64,000 nucleotides of DNA from Mogibacterium sp. (GTDB taxonomy: Bacteria > Bacillota > Clostridia > Peptostreptococcales > Anaerovoracaceae): contig JAFWFU010000031.1 of NCBI GenBank assembly GCA_017515425.1, forward strand, positions 581 through 64,580. The letters are read 5' to 3'. The translations under genes and the position numbers were made by a program. Numbering within the stretch: position 1 is the first letter of the stretch; each line of letters begins with the position of its first letter. The notes below the pieces were generated by a model, which had not been told where the DNA came from, made no database searches, and saw nothing but the letters and a program-made list of their open reading frames with translations. Positions 10,001 to 18,823 of this stretch are shown here, one piece after another.

Positions 10001-10584
10001 ACAAGGCTGTCAGCAAGAGATATGAGTTTATGACGGCTCAGGAAGCTGATATTACCAAGGCTATGGACGAGCTAAATGAGATTATCAGCAATATGGATAA
10101 GACCATAAAGACGAAGTTCAAGGAGAATTTCGACAAGGTGGTAGTCAATTTTGAGGAGTCGTTTAGGGAGCTCTTCGGGGGCGGATATGCGGAAATCAGG
10201 CTCGAGGACGAGAGCAAGCCTCTCGAGTCGGGAATTGAGATAACGGCTCAGCCGCCGGGGAAAAAGCTCAAAAATATAAATCTTCTTTCGGGTGGTGAAA
10301 AGACCTTGACTGCAATAGCTCTGATGTTCGCTGTGCTTAAAGCCAAGCCGACACCTTTTGTCATACTTGATGAGGTTGAGGCGGCGCTCGACGAAGTGAA
10401 TATAGAGAGGTTTTCGGATTATCTCAAGAAATTCGAGAATATACAGTTTGCGCTCATCACGCACCAGAAGGCGACCATGGAGCATGCTGATGTGCTCTAT
10501 GGCGTTACCATGCCGGAGCAGGGTATATCGAGAATGCTGTCGCTGAGGCTGGGCGATGAGTTTGATGTAGAGGGGTTAGAATAA
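7024..10584 (+). CDS. smc: Chromosome segregation protein SMC (TTG start)
   Basis: Walker A GPNGSGKSN, long coiled coils, a hinge, LSGGEKTLTAIAL signature and a Walker B ILDEVEAALD. 1186 aa. Confidence 0.95.
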   Translation: MYFKRIEMQGFKSFADPVNIELNDGVTCIIGPNGSGKSNISDALRWVLGEQSSRQLRGSKMQDVIFAGTATRKPKGMAEVTLVIDNSAGILPLEYNEIAVTRRMYRSGESEYLINGNPCRLRDIRELFMDTGIGVEGYSIIGQGKIADIVSSKPESRREIFEEAAGVVLYKTRKNEAENKLKAAVIDLDRVRDIIGEIEGRIDGLKEDSEKAEEYLELKSRYKTLGINIILYNLDKLESDVKVEKEELESLRNAIEETSASLKVMDEQIESTRLADAELNEQYAEANAKLLATIDELGVITSGGKINHERLINIEKELERIDLELASAGEKLSAEKEELARLEENEKVVNSEVDEVRAALDKAVMEYNDHSRKSTEISLATEKLKDEIMNLRNQNVQRRAEINTLSSYKNTLSERKESLTDEYEGRDRTESDNRARLSDLTAALEEKEGILEKSKAHLDKVSNNIISASENIQRFAGEIDEISHKSSVAVSRKNTIAEMEANYEGYNNTVRTLMQRNQQGIIGTVSDIIDVPAEYITAVETALGAALQHIVCTDDAAAKSAINWLKSSKSGRATFLPIESVRADRLGLDSSIKSAKGFVGIASEMVDTNSKYREIVDYLLCRVIIAGNMDDAVAISKKHIGGYRIVTLEGEVINAFGAITGGRFANKSANLLDRKKEIGTLSAQIDEYRRQIEELSNKKEQEEKNRETLRSERDELRLDIGTFEIEFNVLKSDIEHAESMVRADEGAAERYKHEMESIAADLERADKMIEDYNAKIETAEKEISRAETDAERLMAEAEEISPLIEEDNERIVALKIKIGENEARVLSGNEMIERVKDSIADIETSIEENSVEKYDLSRQKELLTNTGAESGDKEKSLREAKEELEKSIEELSASIEANKDKNEKLLTNQRESRNRLEEIKDESYKLDIKIARSETLSETQKEKLWDEFEVSYAEAKDMRSEDFAITAGNRESREIRLRLAELGEVNVGSIEEYKAVSKRYEFMTAQEADITKAMDELNEIISNMDKTIKTKFKENFDKVVVNFEESFRELFGGGYAEIRLEDESKPLESGIEITAQPPGKKLKNINLLSGGEKTLTAIALMFAVLKAKPTPFVILDEVEAALDEVNIERFSDYLKKFENIQFALITHQKATMEHADVLYGVTMPEQGISRMLSLRLGDEFDVEGLE

Positions 10585-10590
10585 TATTAA

Positions 10591-10625
10591 GATCCTTCGA
10601 CTCGCTCCGCTCGCTCAGGATGACA
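10591..10625. repeat. Dispersed GC-rich intergenic repeat, copy A (GATCCTTCGACTCGCTCCGCTCGCTCAGGATGACA)
   Basis: Shares the GATYCTTCG…CGCTCAGRATGACA core with the copies at 14929, 17272 and 17323. Confidence 0.8.
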
Positions 10626-10727
10626 AATGAGCCTTTGATATAATAGGTGAGTCCTAAATATGACAAATGAGCCTTCAATAAGATAACAAATGCTCGCGAA
10701 AAAACTTAAATTAAGGAGAACATATAA

Positions 10728-11624
10728 ATGGGTCTTTTTGAAAAGAAATCAACTTTTAGGAAGTTTTTAGACAGCATAACCATGGCTGTCTACGACAATC
10801 CGGATCTCGGCCCGGAATTCCTCGAGCAGCTCGAGGAGTCCCTTGTCATGGCTGATGTGGGAGTCGAGACCTCGGATAAGATAATCAGCGCGCTGAATAA
10901 ATGCATAAACGAGCAGTATATAACCAAGGAGCGCGAGATAAGACATGAGCTCAAAAAGATCCTCATGGACATCATGGACAAGGGCGAGAGGAATCATATG
11001 ACAGATAGCTATCCTCTCATCATTCTTATGATAGGCATAAACGGCGGCGGAAAGACCACTTCAATAGCGAAGCTCGCACATATGTATAAATCTCAGGGGA
11101 AGAACGTAATGCTGGCGGCTGCGGACACCTTCCGTGCGGCGGCTGCGGAGCAGCTCCAAATGTGGGGAGACAGGGTCGGAGTCAGAGTCATTCGCCATGA
11201 GGAAGGAACGGACCCTACAGCAGTAATATTTGACGCGATTCAGTCCGCCAAGGCTAATGGAGTGGACGTCCTCATCTGCGATACGGCAGGGAGATTGCAG
11301 AATAAGGTCAATCTGATGAAGGAGCTCGAAAAGATGTCGAGGGTCATTTCGCGTGAATACCCCGAGGCTGCGAGAGAAAATCTCCTAATACTCGACGCGA
11401 CCACGGGCAAGAATGCCGTAAGTCAGGCTGAGGAGTTCTCCAATATCACGGAGATGACGGGAATCATACTCACCAAGATGGACAGCACCGCACGCGGAGG
11501 CATTTCCATAACGATCGCCGACGAATACGATATGCCGATTAAGTTTATTGGAATGGGTGAGGGGCTTGATGACCTCATTCCATTCAACGCAGAGGAATTC
11601 GTGGAGGGCATATTCGATGAATAA
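10728..11624 (+). CDS. ftsY: Signal recognition particle receptor FtsY (short NG-only form)
   Basis: GINGGGKTTS P-loop, DTAGR and TKMDSTARGG motifs. Follows smc, as in many Bacillota. Confidence 0.93.
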   Translation: MGLFEKKSTFRKFLDSITMAVYDNPDLGPEFLEQLEESLVMADVGVETSDKIISALNKCINEQYITKEREIRHELKKILMDIMDKGERNHMTDSYPLIILMIGINGGGKTTSIAKLAHMYKSQGKNVMLAAADTFRAAAAEQLQMWGDRVGVRVIRHEEGTDPTAVIFDAIQSAKANGVDVLICDTAGRLQNKVNLMKELEKMSRVISREYPEAARENLLILDATTGKNAVSQAEEFSNITEMTGIILTKMDSTARGGISITIADEYDMPIKFIGMGEGLDDLIPFNAEEFVEGIFDE

Positions 11625-12942
11625 GCCTATTCTTGCCATAGTAGGACGCCCAAATGTGGGTAAATCAACTTTTTTCAACAGGCTCGTGGGAGAGCGCCGC
11701 GCCATTGTAGAAGATGTGCCGGGCGTGACCCGCGACCGAATTTATGCTGAGACGGAATGGAACGGCAAGGAATTTGCCGTCATAGATACGGGCGGCATAG
11801 AGGTAAAAACCGACGATACCATAAGAGCTCAGATGAGGGACCAAGCCGTCATAGCCATGGACATGGCAGATGTTATTCTTTTTATGGTGGACGGCAAGGA
11901 AGGGCTGACCGCTGCCGACCGCGAGGTGGCAGAGCTCCTCAGAAGGACGGGCAAGGAAGTAATCCTTGTGGTAAACAAGGTGGACGCTCCGTCTAAGGCG
12001 TATGAACTCATCTATGATTTTTATGAGCTCGGTTTTGACGAGCCCTTTCCTATATCGGCAGCCAATATGACAAATATCGGCGACCTGCTTGATAGGATTG
12101 TGGGCGGATTTCCCGAAGAAGAGTATGATCCATCAGAGGAGAGCATTCATATCGCGATAATCGGAAAGCCGAATGTCGGAAAATCCTCATTGGTAAACGC
12201 ATTGACGAGGCAGAACAGAGTCATAGTCTCACCGATTGCAGGAACGACCAGAGATACTATAGATACACCTTTCACATACAAGGATAGGGAGTATACGCTG
12301 ATTGACACAGCAGGGCTTCGCAGGAAGAGCAAGGTGAGCGACTCCATAGAGAAGTTCAGCGTCATCAGAGCGATAGCAGCCATTGAGCGTTGTGATGTAT
12401 GCATACTTATGATAGACGCGGCTACGGGGCTGACTGAACAGGATAAGAAGATCGCCGGATATGCTCACGAGGCGGGAAAAGGCATGATATTCGTAGTCAA
12501 CAAATGGGATCTTATCGAAAAAGAGACCAATACCATGCGCGACTATGAGAAAAGCATAAAGGCTGAAATGCTCTTCGCTTCCTATGCGCCCGTCATCTTC
12601 ATTTCAGTTCTGAAAAAGATAAGGCTTAATGAACTGATCGAAAGATGTGCAAGGATAGCCGATTCGAGAAATACAAGGATTCCGACGGGAAAACTGAATA
12701 GCGTGATTGAAGATGCCGTGATGATGAGGCAGCCGCCCTCAGACAAGGGGCGCAGGCTCAAGGTCTATTATGCGACTCAGATTGGCACGGCTCCGCCGCT
12801 GTTCTCGTTCAGTATCAACGATAAGGAGCTCATGCATTTCTCATATTCGAGATATTTGGAGAATAAAATCAGGGAGCATTTCGACTTCGAAGGCACTTCC
12901 ATTAAATTCGTATGGAACGAAAAGAGAGGAGAACGCAGATAG
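11617..12942 (+). CDS. der: Ribosome-associated GTPase Der/EngA (two GTPase domains plus KH-like domain)
   Basis: Two G1 motifs (GRPNVGKST and GKPNVGKSS). Start placed at MNKPILAIVG (ATG at 11617), which overlaps the ftsY stop. The ORF-track start at 11548 would add a non-homologous extension. Confidence 0.92.
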   Translation: MNKPILAIVGRPNVGKSTFFNRLVGERRAIVEDVPGVTRDRIYAETEWNGKEFAVIDTGGIEVKTDDTIRAQMRDQAVIAMDMADVILFMVDGKEGLTAADREVAELLRRTGKEVILVVNKVDAPSKAYELIYDFYELGFDEPFPISAANMTNIGDLLDRIVGGFPEEEYDPSEESIHIAIIGKPNVGKSSLVNALTRQNRVIVSPIAGTTRDTIDTPFTYKDREYTLIDTAGLRRKSKVSDSIEKFSVIRAIAAIERCDVCILMIDAATGLTEQDKKIAGYAHEAGKGMIFVVNKWDLIEKETNTMRDYEKSIKAEMLFASYAPVIFISVLKKIRLNELIERCARIADSRNTRIPTGKLNSVIEDAVMMRQPPSDKGRRLKVYYATQIGTAPPLFSFSINDKELMHFSYSRYLENKIREHFDFEGTSIKFVWNEKRGERR

Positions 12943-13602
12943 ATGGGTAATACATTTACTCTCATACTGATAGCTATAGGTGCATATTTAATAGGAAATA
13001 TCAATCCCGCAATCATAGTCGGCAGGCTTCACGGCATAGATATTCGAAAGGAAGGCAGCGGCAATGCCGGAATGACGAATACTATCAGAGTGATAGGGCT
13101 CGGCGCGGGAATCGCCGTATTCACCGTAGATGTATTGAAGGCATTTCTTTCAGTATGGCTCGGAATATATCTTGCAGGAGACGCAGCAGGCGGAATGGTC
13201 GCTTTTGCTGCCGTAGTGGTCGGGCATTGCTATCCCGCCCTTTATAAATTAAAAGGCGGAAAGGGCGTCGCCTCATCTCTCGGTGCGGCTCTCGCTCTTA
13301 ATTGGCAGACTGCTTTGATGGCGGCAGCGGTTGCAGGGCTTATGTTTCTAATATCGGGTAAGAGAATGTCGATAGCTTCGATAGGGGCTGTCGTCTCCTA
13401 TCCCGTATTCGTCTATTTCATGGCTGATGATAAGAGACTTTTCTTCTTCGCCATAGTGGCGGTGCTCTTCCTCGTGATTCAGCACGCTTCGAATATTCAG
13501 AGGATTGCCAAGGGCGAGGAGAAGGCTTTGACCATAGCCCATGGCGCACATGAGGAGAATTCCGAGAAAACGGCAGAAGAGAAAGAGAGTAGAGAAGAAT
13601 AA
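12943..13602 (+). CDS. plsY: Glycerol-3-phosphate acyltransferase PlsY with a short acidic C-terminal tail
   Basis: YLIGNINPAIIVGR…GSGNAGMTN motif and a polytopic membrane profile. Confidence 0.9.
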   Translation: MGNTFTLILIAIGAYLIGNINPAIIVGRLHGIDIRKEGSGNAGMTNTIRVIGLGAGIAVFTVDVLKAFLSVWLGIYLAGDAAGGMVAFAAVVVGHCYPALYKLKGGKGVASSLGAALALNWQTALMAAAVAGLMFLISGKRMSIASIGAVVSYPVFVYFMADDKRLFFFAIVAVLFLVIQHASNIQRIAKGEEKALTIAHGAHEENSEKTAEEKESREE

Positions 13603-14924
13603 TGTCCACCTATAGCATAATTACATATGGTTGCCAAATGAACGAACATGACTCAGAGAATATAGCGGGAATGCTTGAAGCTCTGGGTTATATACATGAG
13701 GAAGATCCATGGGCTTCTAATCTCGTTGTAATGAATACATGCAGCGTCAGGGAGAATGCTGACAAGAGGTTTTTCGGCGTCCTCGGGCAGTTTAAGAAGA
13801 TTAAGAAGTCCAATCCCGACTTCGTTCTCTGTGTTTGCGGCTGTATGCCGCAGCAGCCGAGGATAGTGGAGGAGATAAATAAGAGGTTTTCCTGGGTAGA
13901 TATAGTATTCGGGACGCAGAATATCGCGCAGCTTCCCGAACTTCTGGAAAATCTGCATAAGACAGGGAAGAAGCAGCGTGCAATCATAGACAATAATCCT
14001 CGTATTGCCGAAGAAGAGATGAAGCCTGTCAGAATGCATAATCACAAGGCATTGGTAAATATCACCTATGGCTGTAATAATTTCTGCACCTACTGCATAG
14101 TGCCTTATACGAGGGGCAGGGAGAAAAGCCGTATGCTTTCCGAGGTGGTCTGCGAAATAGAGAGGCTTGCTTCTGACGGAGTGCGCGAGGTCATGCTGCT
14201 CGGGCAGAATGTTGACTCATATAAGGACGCCATCGGCAATAGTTTTGCGGAGCTCATCAAGGCTGTGAATGAGATTGAAGGAATCGAGCGAATCAGATTT
14301 ATGACTTCTCACCCCAAGGATATATCTGATGAGATGATTGAATGCTTTAGGACCTGCGACAAACTTTGCAGAAATATATATCTCCCCGTTCAGTCGGGTT
14401 CTGACAGGGTGCTCAAACGCATGAACAGGCATTATGACAGGGCGAGGTATCTTGAAATCGTGGATAAACTGAGGGCGGTCTGCCCTGAAATAACGATTTC
14501 TACGGATATAATCGTCGGATTTCCGGGAGAGACTGAGAGCGACTTCGAGGAGACCTTGGATATTGCCCGCAGGGTGAGGTATGATTCGGCATTCACATTT
14601 ATATATTCGCCGAGAGAGGGCACGCCTGCCGCGAAATTTGAGGATCAGGTTGATGATGTGATCTGCCATGAGAGATTTGACAGGCTTGTTGAGCTTATGG
14701 ACGGTATCAGCCTCGAAAAGAACAAGGAATATATGGGGAAAGTGCTCGAGGTCATGGTGGACGGTCTGAGCAAGACTTCGCCCAATACGTATTCAGGTAG
14801 GACGGACGGGTTTAAGCTGGTGAATTTCACCTCAGATAAGTCAGAGGAAGAGATAGCGGGCCAGATTGTGAAGGTGAAGATTACTGAGACAAAGACCTTT
14901 AGTTTAGAGGGAATGGAGATTTAA
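13602..14924 (+). CDS. miaB: tRNA-2-methylthio-N6-dimethylallyladenosine synthase MiaB (radical SAM methylthiotransferase)
   Basis: UPF0004 N-terminal domain (ITYGCQMNEHDSE), CNNFCTYC cluster and a C-terminal TRAM domain. Confidence 0.85.
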   Translation: MSTYSIITYGCQMNEHDSENIAGMLEALGYIHEEDPWASNLVVMNTCSVRENADKRFFGVLGQFKKIKKSNPDFVLCVCGCMPQQPRIVEEINKRFSWVDIVFGTQNIAQLPELLENLHKTGKKQRAIIDNNPRIAEEEMKPVRMHNHKALVNITYGCNNFCTYCIVPYTRGREKSRMLSEVVCEIERLASDGVREVMLLGQNVDSYKDAIGNSFAELIKAVNEIEGIERIRFMTSHPKDISDEMIECFRTCDKLCRNIYLPVQSGSDRVLKRMNRHYDRARYLEIVDKLRAVCPEITISTDIIVGFPGETESDFEETLDIARRVRYDSAFTFIYSPREGTPAAKFEDQVDDVICHERFDRLVELMDGISLEKNKEYMGKVLEVMVDGLSKTSPNTYSGRTDGFKLVNFTSDKSEEEIAGQIVKVKITETKTFSLEGMEI

Positions 14925-14928
14925 TAAA

Positions 14929-14994
14929 GATCCTTCGACTTCGCTGCGCTTCGCTCAGGATGACAGAAGGAAGTGACAATATGTCATTCTGAGG
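14929..14994. repeat. Dispersed repeat copy B plus an inverted partial copy that together form a hairpin
   Basis: Full copy GATCCTTCGACTTCGCTGCGCTTCGCTCAGGATGACA at 14929-14965. CTCAGGATGAC (14954-14964) is complementary to GTCATTCTGAG (14983-14993), allowing one G-T wobble pair. Confidence 0.8.
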
Positions 14995-15127
14995 AATTAA
15001 GAGACGTTATCAGAGGAGCATAACCGACGGAGATCAATGGTTTCGACACTACGGCAACGCCATATAATCAGTAAACCATTAAAATTTTAAAGATAATGAC
15101 AAAAGGTAGAAACAATAGAGGAGAAGA

Positions 15128-16600
15128 TTGATAGATTCGATTGCCGCTTTCTTTACATTTTCGCATATAATGCTGCTGGTATATATACTGAATGCCATAA
15201 TCGCATTCGGACTGATTTTTATTGATACCAAGTCGCCAGCCGCGACCATGGCATGGATAATGGTGCTCTTTCTGATTCCCGTGCTCGGTCTAGTGCTATA
15301 TCTGATACTCTCACAAAATATAGCCAGACAGCAGATATTTAAAATGACCGAAGCGGAAGAGGCTGGAATGGATACCCTGATAGGCTGGCAGAAGGAGAGC
15401 GTCAGAACGGGGATAAAGACCTCTGCAAGCGAGATAACCGACAGGTGGCGGAGCATGATTTCCATGAACCTAGAATATGCGGACTCGCTTCTTACGGACA
15501 ATAGCAGCGTTGAACTTATCTACGACGGACAGGAGATGTTTAACAGGCTTTGCAGCGATATAGAAAATGCCCGTTATACGATTAAGCTCTGCTATTTTAT
15601 AGTAAAGGATGACTTCGTGGGAAGAAGGCTGATAGACCTTCTCACAAAGAAGGCTGAGGAAGGAGTGAAGGTCAGGCTGATGATGGACGCTCTTGGCTCC
15701 AGGAGCATAGGGCATACTGACCTCAGAGCCTTTAAAAAGGCGGGCGGTAAATACGCATTTTTCTTCAAGCCTCTCATACGTCATATGTATTTCAGAATTA
15801 ACTATCGCAATCATAGGAAGTTGGCGATTATCGACAATGAGATAGGATATATCGGCGGATTCAATATCGCTAAGGAATATCTGGGATATAAGAAGAAGTT
15901 CGGCTTTTGGCGCGATACTCAGATGATAATTCGCGGAAACGCTCTGACTGCGCTCAATGAGAGATTTTATCAGGATTGGCGCTATGCCGCGGGAGAGGAG
16001 CTCAACCTCGTGCAGCAGTCAATCAGATATGCATATAAAGCGGCGCCGGGCTCCATACCGATTCAGATTGTTTCCTGCGGCCCCGAGTCCGAGAGGGAAG
16101 AAGTCAAGATGTCCATGATGAAGATGATCACGGGCGCGAAGAAGAGCATATATATTCAGACGCCATATTTGGTGCCTGATACGCCAATGCTGGAGTCCCT
16201 CGCCATGGCGGCTAGATCGGGTATAGATGTAAGGATTATGATACCCTGCATACCGGATCACCCATTCGTATACAGGACTACCCTATATAATGCAGGGAGA
16301 TTGATAAGAGAAGGTGCTAAAATATATATCTACGAAAACGGCTTCCTTCATGCAAAGACCCTGACTGTTGATGATGAGATCTGCACGGCTGGCTCGACCA
16401 ATTTTGATATAAGGAGTTTCAGACTCAATTTCGAATCCAATGCATTTGTATATGATTCAGATGTGACTAAGGAGATGAATCGCCAATTCGAAGAGGATAT
16501 GAAGTTTTGCAGAGAATATACGCAGAAGGACAGGGATAATATTGATATAAAGGAGAAGGCTCTCGAATCCATATCGAGGCTTCTTACCGAAATACTTTAG
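15128..16600 (+). CDS. cls: Cardiolipin synthase (two HKD/PLD motifs), TTG start
   Basis: N-terminal transmembrane helices, HRKLAIID and LHAKTLTVDD HKD motifs. GAGGAG ribosome-binding site 5 nt upstream of the TTG. Confidence 0.9.
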   Translation: MIDSIAAFFTFSHIMLLVYILNAIIAFGLIFIDTKSPAATMAWIMVLFLIPVLGLVLYLILSQNIARQQIFKMTEAEEAGMDTLIGWQKESVRTGIKTSASEITDRWRSMISMNLEYADSLLTDNSSVELIYDGQEMFNRLCSDIENARYTIKLCYFIVKDDFVGRRLIDLLTKKAEEGVKVRLMMDALGSRSIGHTDLRAFKKAGGKYAFFFKPLIRHMYFRINYRNHRKLAIIDNEIGYIGGFNIAKEYLGYKKKFGFWRDTQMIIRGNALTALNERFYQDWRYAAGEELNLVQQSIRYAYKAAPGSIPIQIVSCGPESEREEVKMSMMKMITGAKKSIYIQTPYLVPDTPMLESLAMAARSGIDVRIMIPCIPDHPFVYRTTLYNAGRLIREGAKIYIYENGFLHAKTLTVDDEICTAGSTNFDIRSFRLNFESNAFVYDSDVTKEMNRQFEEDMKFCREYTQKDRDNIDIKEKALESISRLLTEIL

Positions 16601-16613
16601 AGGAGATATATTG

Positions 16614-17258
16614 ATGAATTTGTTTAATTTCAGCTATCAGGCAATTCTGTTAAAGATCTTAATGCTTCCGGGAATAGTAGTGGGGCTGAGCTTCCATGAA
16701 TTTGCACATGCATGGGTATCTGACAGACTAGGGGATCCGACTCCGAGAAGGCAGGGAAGGCTTACGCTCAATCCTCTCGCACATATAGATTGGCTTGGCT
16801 TTGCCGCGCTGCTCCTGGTCGGCTTCGGCTGGGGTAAGCCCGTGCAGATAAATCCCGCCTATTATAAGAACAGGCGGCGCGACGAGTTCTTGGTCGGAAT
16901 CGCGGGAATTACTATGAATCTTATACTAGCGGTGCTATTTTCCATTCCCGTGAGGCTGCTCAGGAATATATATTTGAGCAGCAGCATATTTGCCGTCGTA
17001 ATTGAGAATTTGTTTTTGATACTCATGTATGCGGTGATGATAAACTTGGTGCTTATGGTGTTCAATCTGATACCATGTCCGCCGCTTGACGGCTGGGGGA
17101 TAATTACGCAGATTTTTAAGCTGGACAGGCATGAGTGGTGGTATTCCGTATATCAGAGGGGCACATGGATATTGCTGCTGCTGATCGTTTTCAATATTAC
17201 GGATATGATATTGACGCCGATAGTGTCCTTTATGATGAATATTTTAGTGTATAGATAG
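16614..17258 (+). CDS. Site-2 protease family (peptidase M50) membrane metalloprotease
   Basis: HEFAHAW zinc motif, multiple transmembrane segments and a NLIPCPPLDG motif. Confidence 0.85.
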   Translation: MNLFNFSYQAILLKILMLPGIVVGLSFHEFAHAWVSDRLGDPTPRRQGRLTLNPLAHIDWLGFAALLLVGFGWGKPVQINPAYYKNRRRDEFLVGIAGITMNLILAVLFSIPVRLLRNIYLSSSIFAVVIENLFLILMYAVMINLVLMVFNLIPCPPLDGWGIITQIFKLDRHEWWYSVYQRGTWILLLLIVFNITDMILTPIVSFMMNILVYR

Positions 17259-17271
17259 GAATAGATAGAAG

Positions 17272-17366
17272 GATTCTTCGCTTCGCTCAGAATTACAAAG
17301 GGAAGGTTTTGAGAAAGAAAAAGATTCTTCGCTTCGCTCAGAATGACAGTATTATAAGAATGACAG
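17272..17366. repeat. Dispersed repeat copies C and D plus a partial third copy
   Basis: GATTCTTCGCTTCGCTCAGAATTACA at 17272-17297, GATTCTTCGCTTCGCTCAGAATGACA at 17323-17348 and AGAATGACAG at 17357-17366. Confidence 0.85.
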
Positions 17367-17368
17367 AA

Positions 17369-18028
17369 TTAGAAGTAATTGCTGATACGGCGGAGTTTGG
17401 ACTGAGCCATATGATCTTCCATAGCCTTGCGCCCGGCAGCCGGATTCTTGGTCTCGACTGCCTCGAAGATCGCCTTATGCTCATCAAGTATGGTCTTTAA
17501 CTGATCCGCCGAATATGTTTTGGCAGGCGCGGAATGCTTGAGATATGTCTGGTAGGTATAGAGAGCCTTCTGAATCAGTCTGTCCTTGGTGCCGATATAT
17601 AGGATATTGTGAAACTGAGAATTGAATACCAAGACCTTTTCTATATCGTTTCTGAGGGTATAAAACTCCATAAATTCAAGGGTTTCGCGTAGGGCTTCTA
17701 TCTCCTCGGTCGTCATGCGCTTGATCGCCCATTCGGAGGCTTGGACTTCAAAGAGGGATCTGAGGTCGAATAAATCCGATATATCCCTTTTGGAAAGACC
17801 TGTCACAAAGGCGCCTCTATTCGGGATATTATCAATGAGACCGTCGGATTCAAGCTGACGAAAAGCCTCTCTGACAGGAGTTCTGCTGACGCTGTATTTC
17901 TTGCAGATTGCCTGCTCCGTAAGCTTGGAATTATCCGCCAGCCTACCTGAGAGTATATCTGACTGAATCTCTGCATAGAGATTGCTCGAAAGCGGCTGTG
18001 CGTTTTTTTCACCCTTAATGCTGTCCAT
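17369..18028 (-). CDS. GntR family transcriptional regulator with an FCD ligand-binding domain
   Basis: N-terminal winged HTH (KLTEQAICKKYSVSRTPVREAFRQLESDGLI) and an FCD-like helical C-terminal domain. Confidence 0.88.
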   Translation of the reverse strand: MDSIKGEKNAQPLSSNLYAEIQSDILSGRLADNSKLTEQAICKKYSVSRTPVREAFRQLESDGLIDNIPNRGAFVTGLSKRDISDLFDLRSLFEVQASEWAIKRMTTEEIEALRETLEFMEFYTLRNDIEKVLVFNSQFHNILYIGTKDRLIQKALYTYQTYLKHSAPAKTYSADQLKTILDEHKAIFEAVETKNPAAGRKAMEDHMAQSKLRRISNYF

Positions 18029-18149
18029 AAATACCTCGAATATTATGTCAGTGTTAAAAACTTATCAACATATGCTGGTAAATTGTATACATTCTTAAAT
18101 ATAAACTTTTTACCTCTCATGTCAATGGAAATGAGGTTATTTTTTTAAA

Positions 18150-18797
18150 ATGAGTAGACGATTAAAGAGAATTAAAGCCAATCAGATAGAGGAAGTGCTG
18201 GATAAGCTTGAGACAATGCATCCCGAGGCGGGCTGCGCTTTAAATCATAGGAGCTGCTTCGAGCTTTTGATTGCCGTGGTCTTATCCGCTCAGACTACGG
18301 ATATAAGCGTAAACAAGGTTACGCCTGCGCTCTTCGAACGCTATCCTTCGCCTGAGGAATTGGCTGAGGCAAATCCGAATGATGTGGCTGATATTATAAA
18401 AACGATCGGACTTTATAAAAACAAGTCCCTCAATATAGTAAAGCTGGCGAATAAACTCATTGAAGATTTCGACGGCGAAGTGCCGGGCAGTTTTGACGAG
18501 CTTATCAGCCTGCCGGGTGTGGGGCGCAAGACGGCAAATGTCATCTTGGCTGAGGCGTTCGCCGAGCCTGCCATAGCTGTCGACACCCATGTATTCAGGG
18601 TGTCAAACAGAATAGGTCTCACGGACGCTGATGATGTGGATAAGACTGAGGAGCAGCTTAAAAAGAGGCTTCCAAAGGATAAATGGATTAGATCACATCA
18701 TCTCCTGATATTTCACGGCAGAAAGATATGTCATGCGAGAAAGGCGGACTGCGAGAACTGCTTGCTGAACGAAGTATGCCTCAAAAGAGGAGTATAG
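18150..18797 (+). CDS. nth: Endonuclease III (DNA glycosylase/AP lyase)
   Basis: HhH-GPD motif (LPGVGRKTANVIL) and a C-terminal 4Fe-4S Cys cluster (CHARKADCENCLLNEVC). Confidence 0.93.
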   Translation: MSRRLKRIKANQIEEVLDKLETMHPEAGCALNHRSCFELLIAVVLSAQTTDISVNKVTPALFERYPSPEELAEANPNDVADIIKTIGLYKNKSLNIVKLANKLIEDFDGEVPGSFDELISLPGVGRKTANVILAEAFAEPAIAVDTHVFRVSNRIGLTDADDVDKTEEQLKKRLPKDKWIRSHHLLIFHGRKICHARKADCENCLLNEVCLKRGV

Positions 18798-18823
18798 ATA
18801 GAGTTTTGAAAAGAGGTGGAGTT

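Noticed and set aside
17309-17500. 63-aa ORF MRKKKILRFAQNDSIIRMTE…
   Set aside because: Its N-terminus is the translation of dispersed repeat copy D and the rest is antisense to the GntR gene. It is a typical repeat-derived pseudo-ORF.
18084-18091. TGTATACA palindrome in the GntR/nth divergent promoter region as a GntR operator
   Set aside because: It fits the loose GT-N-AC GntR-family pattern. However, it is only 8 bp, AT-rich and expected by chance in this spacer, so I do not think it merits a call without comparative data.
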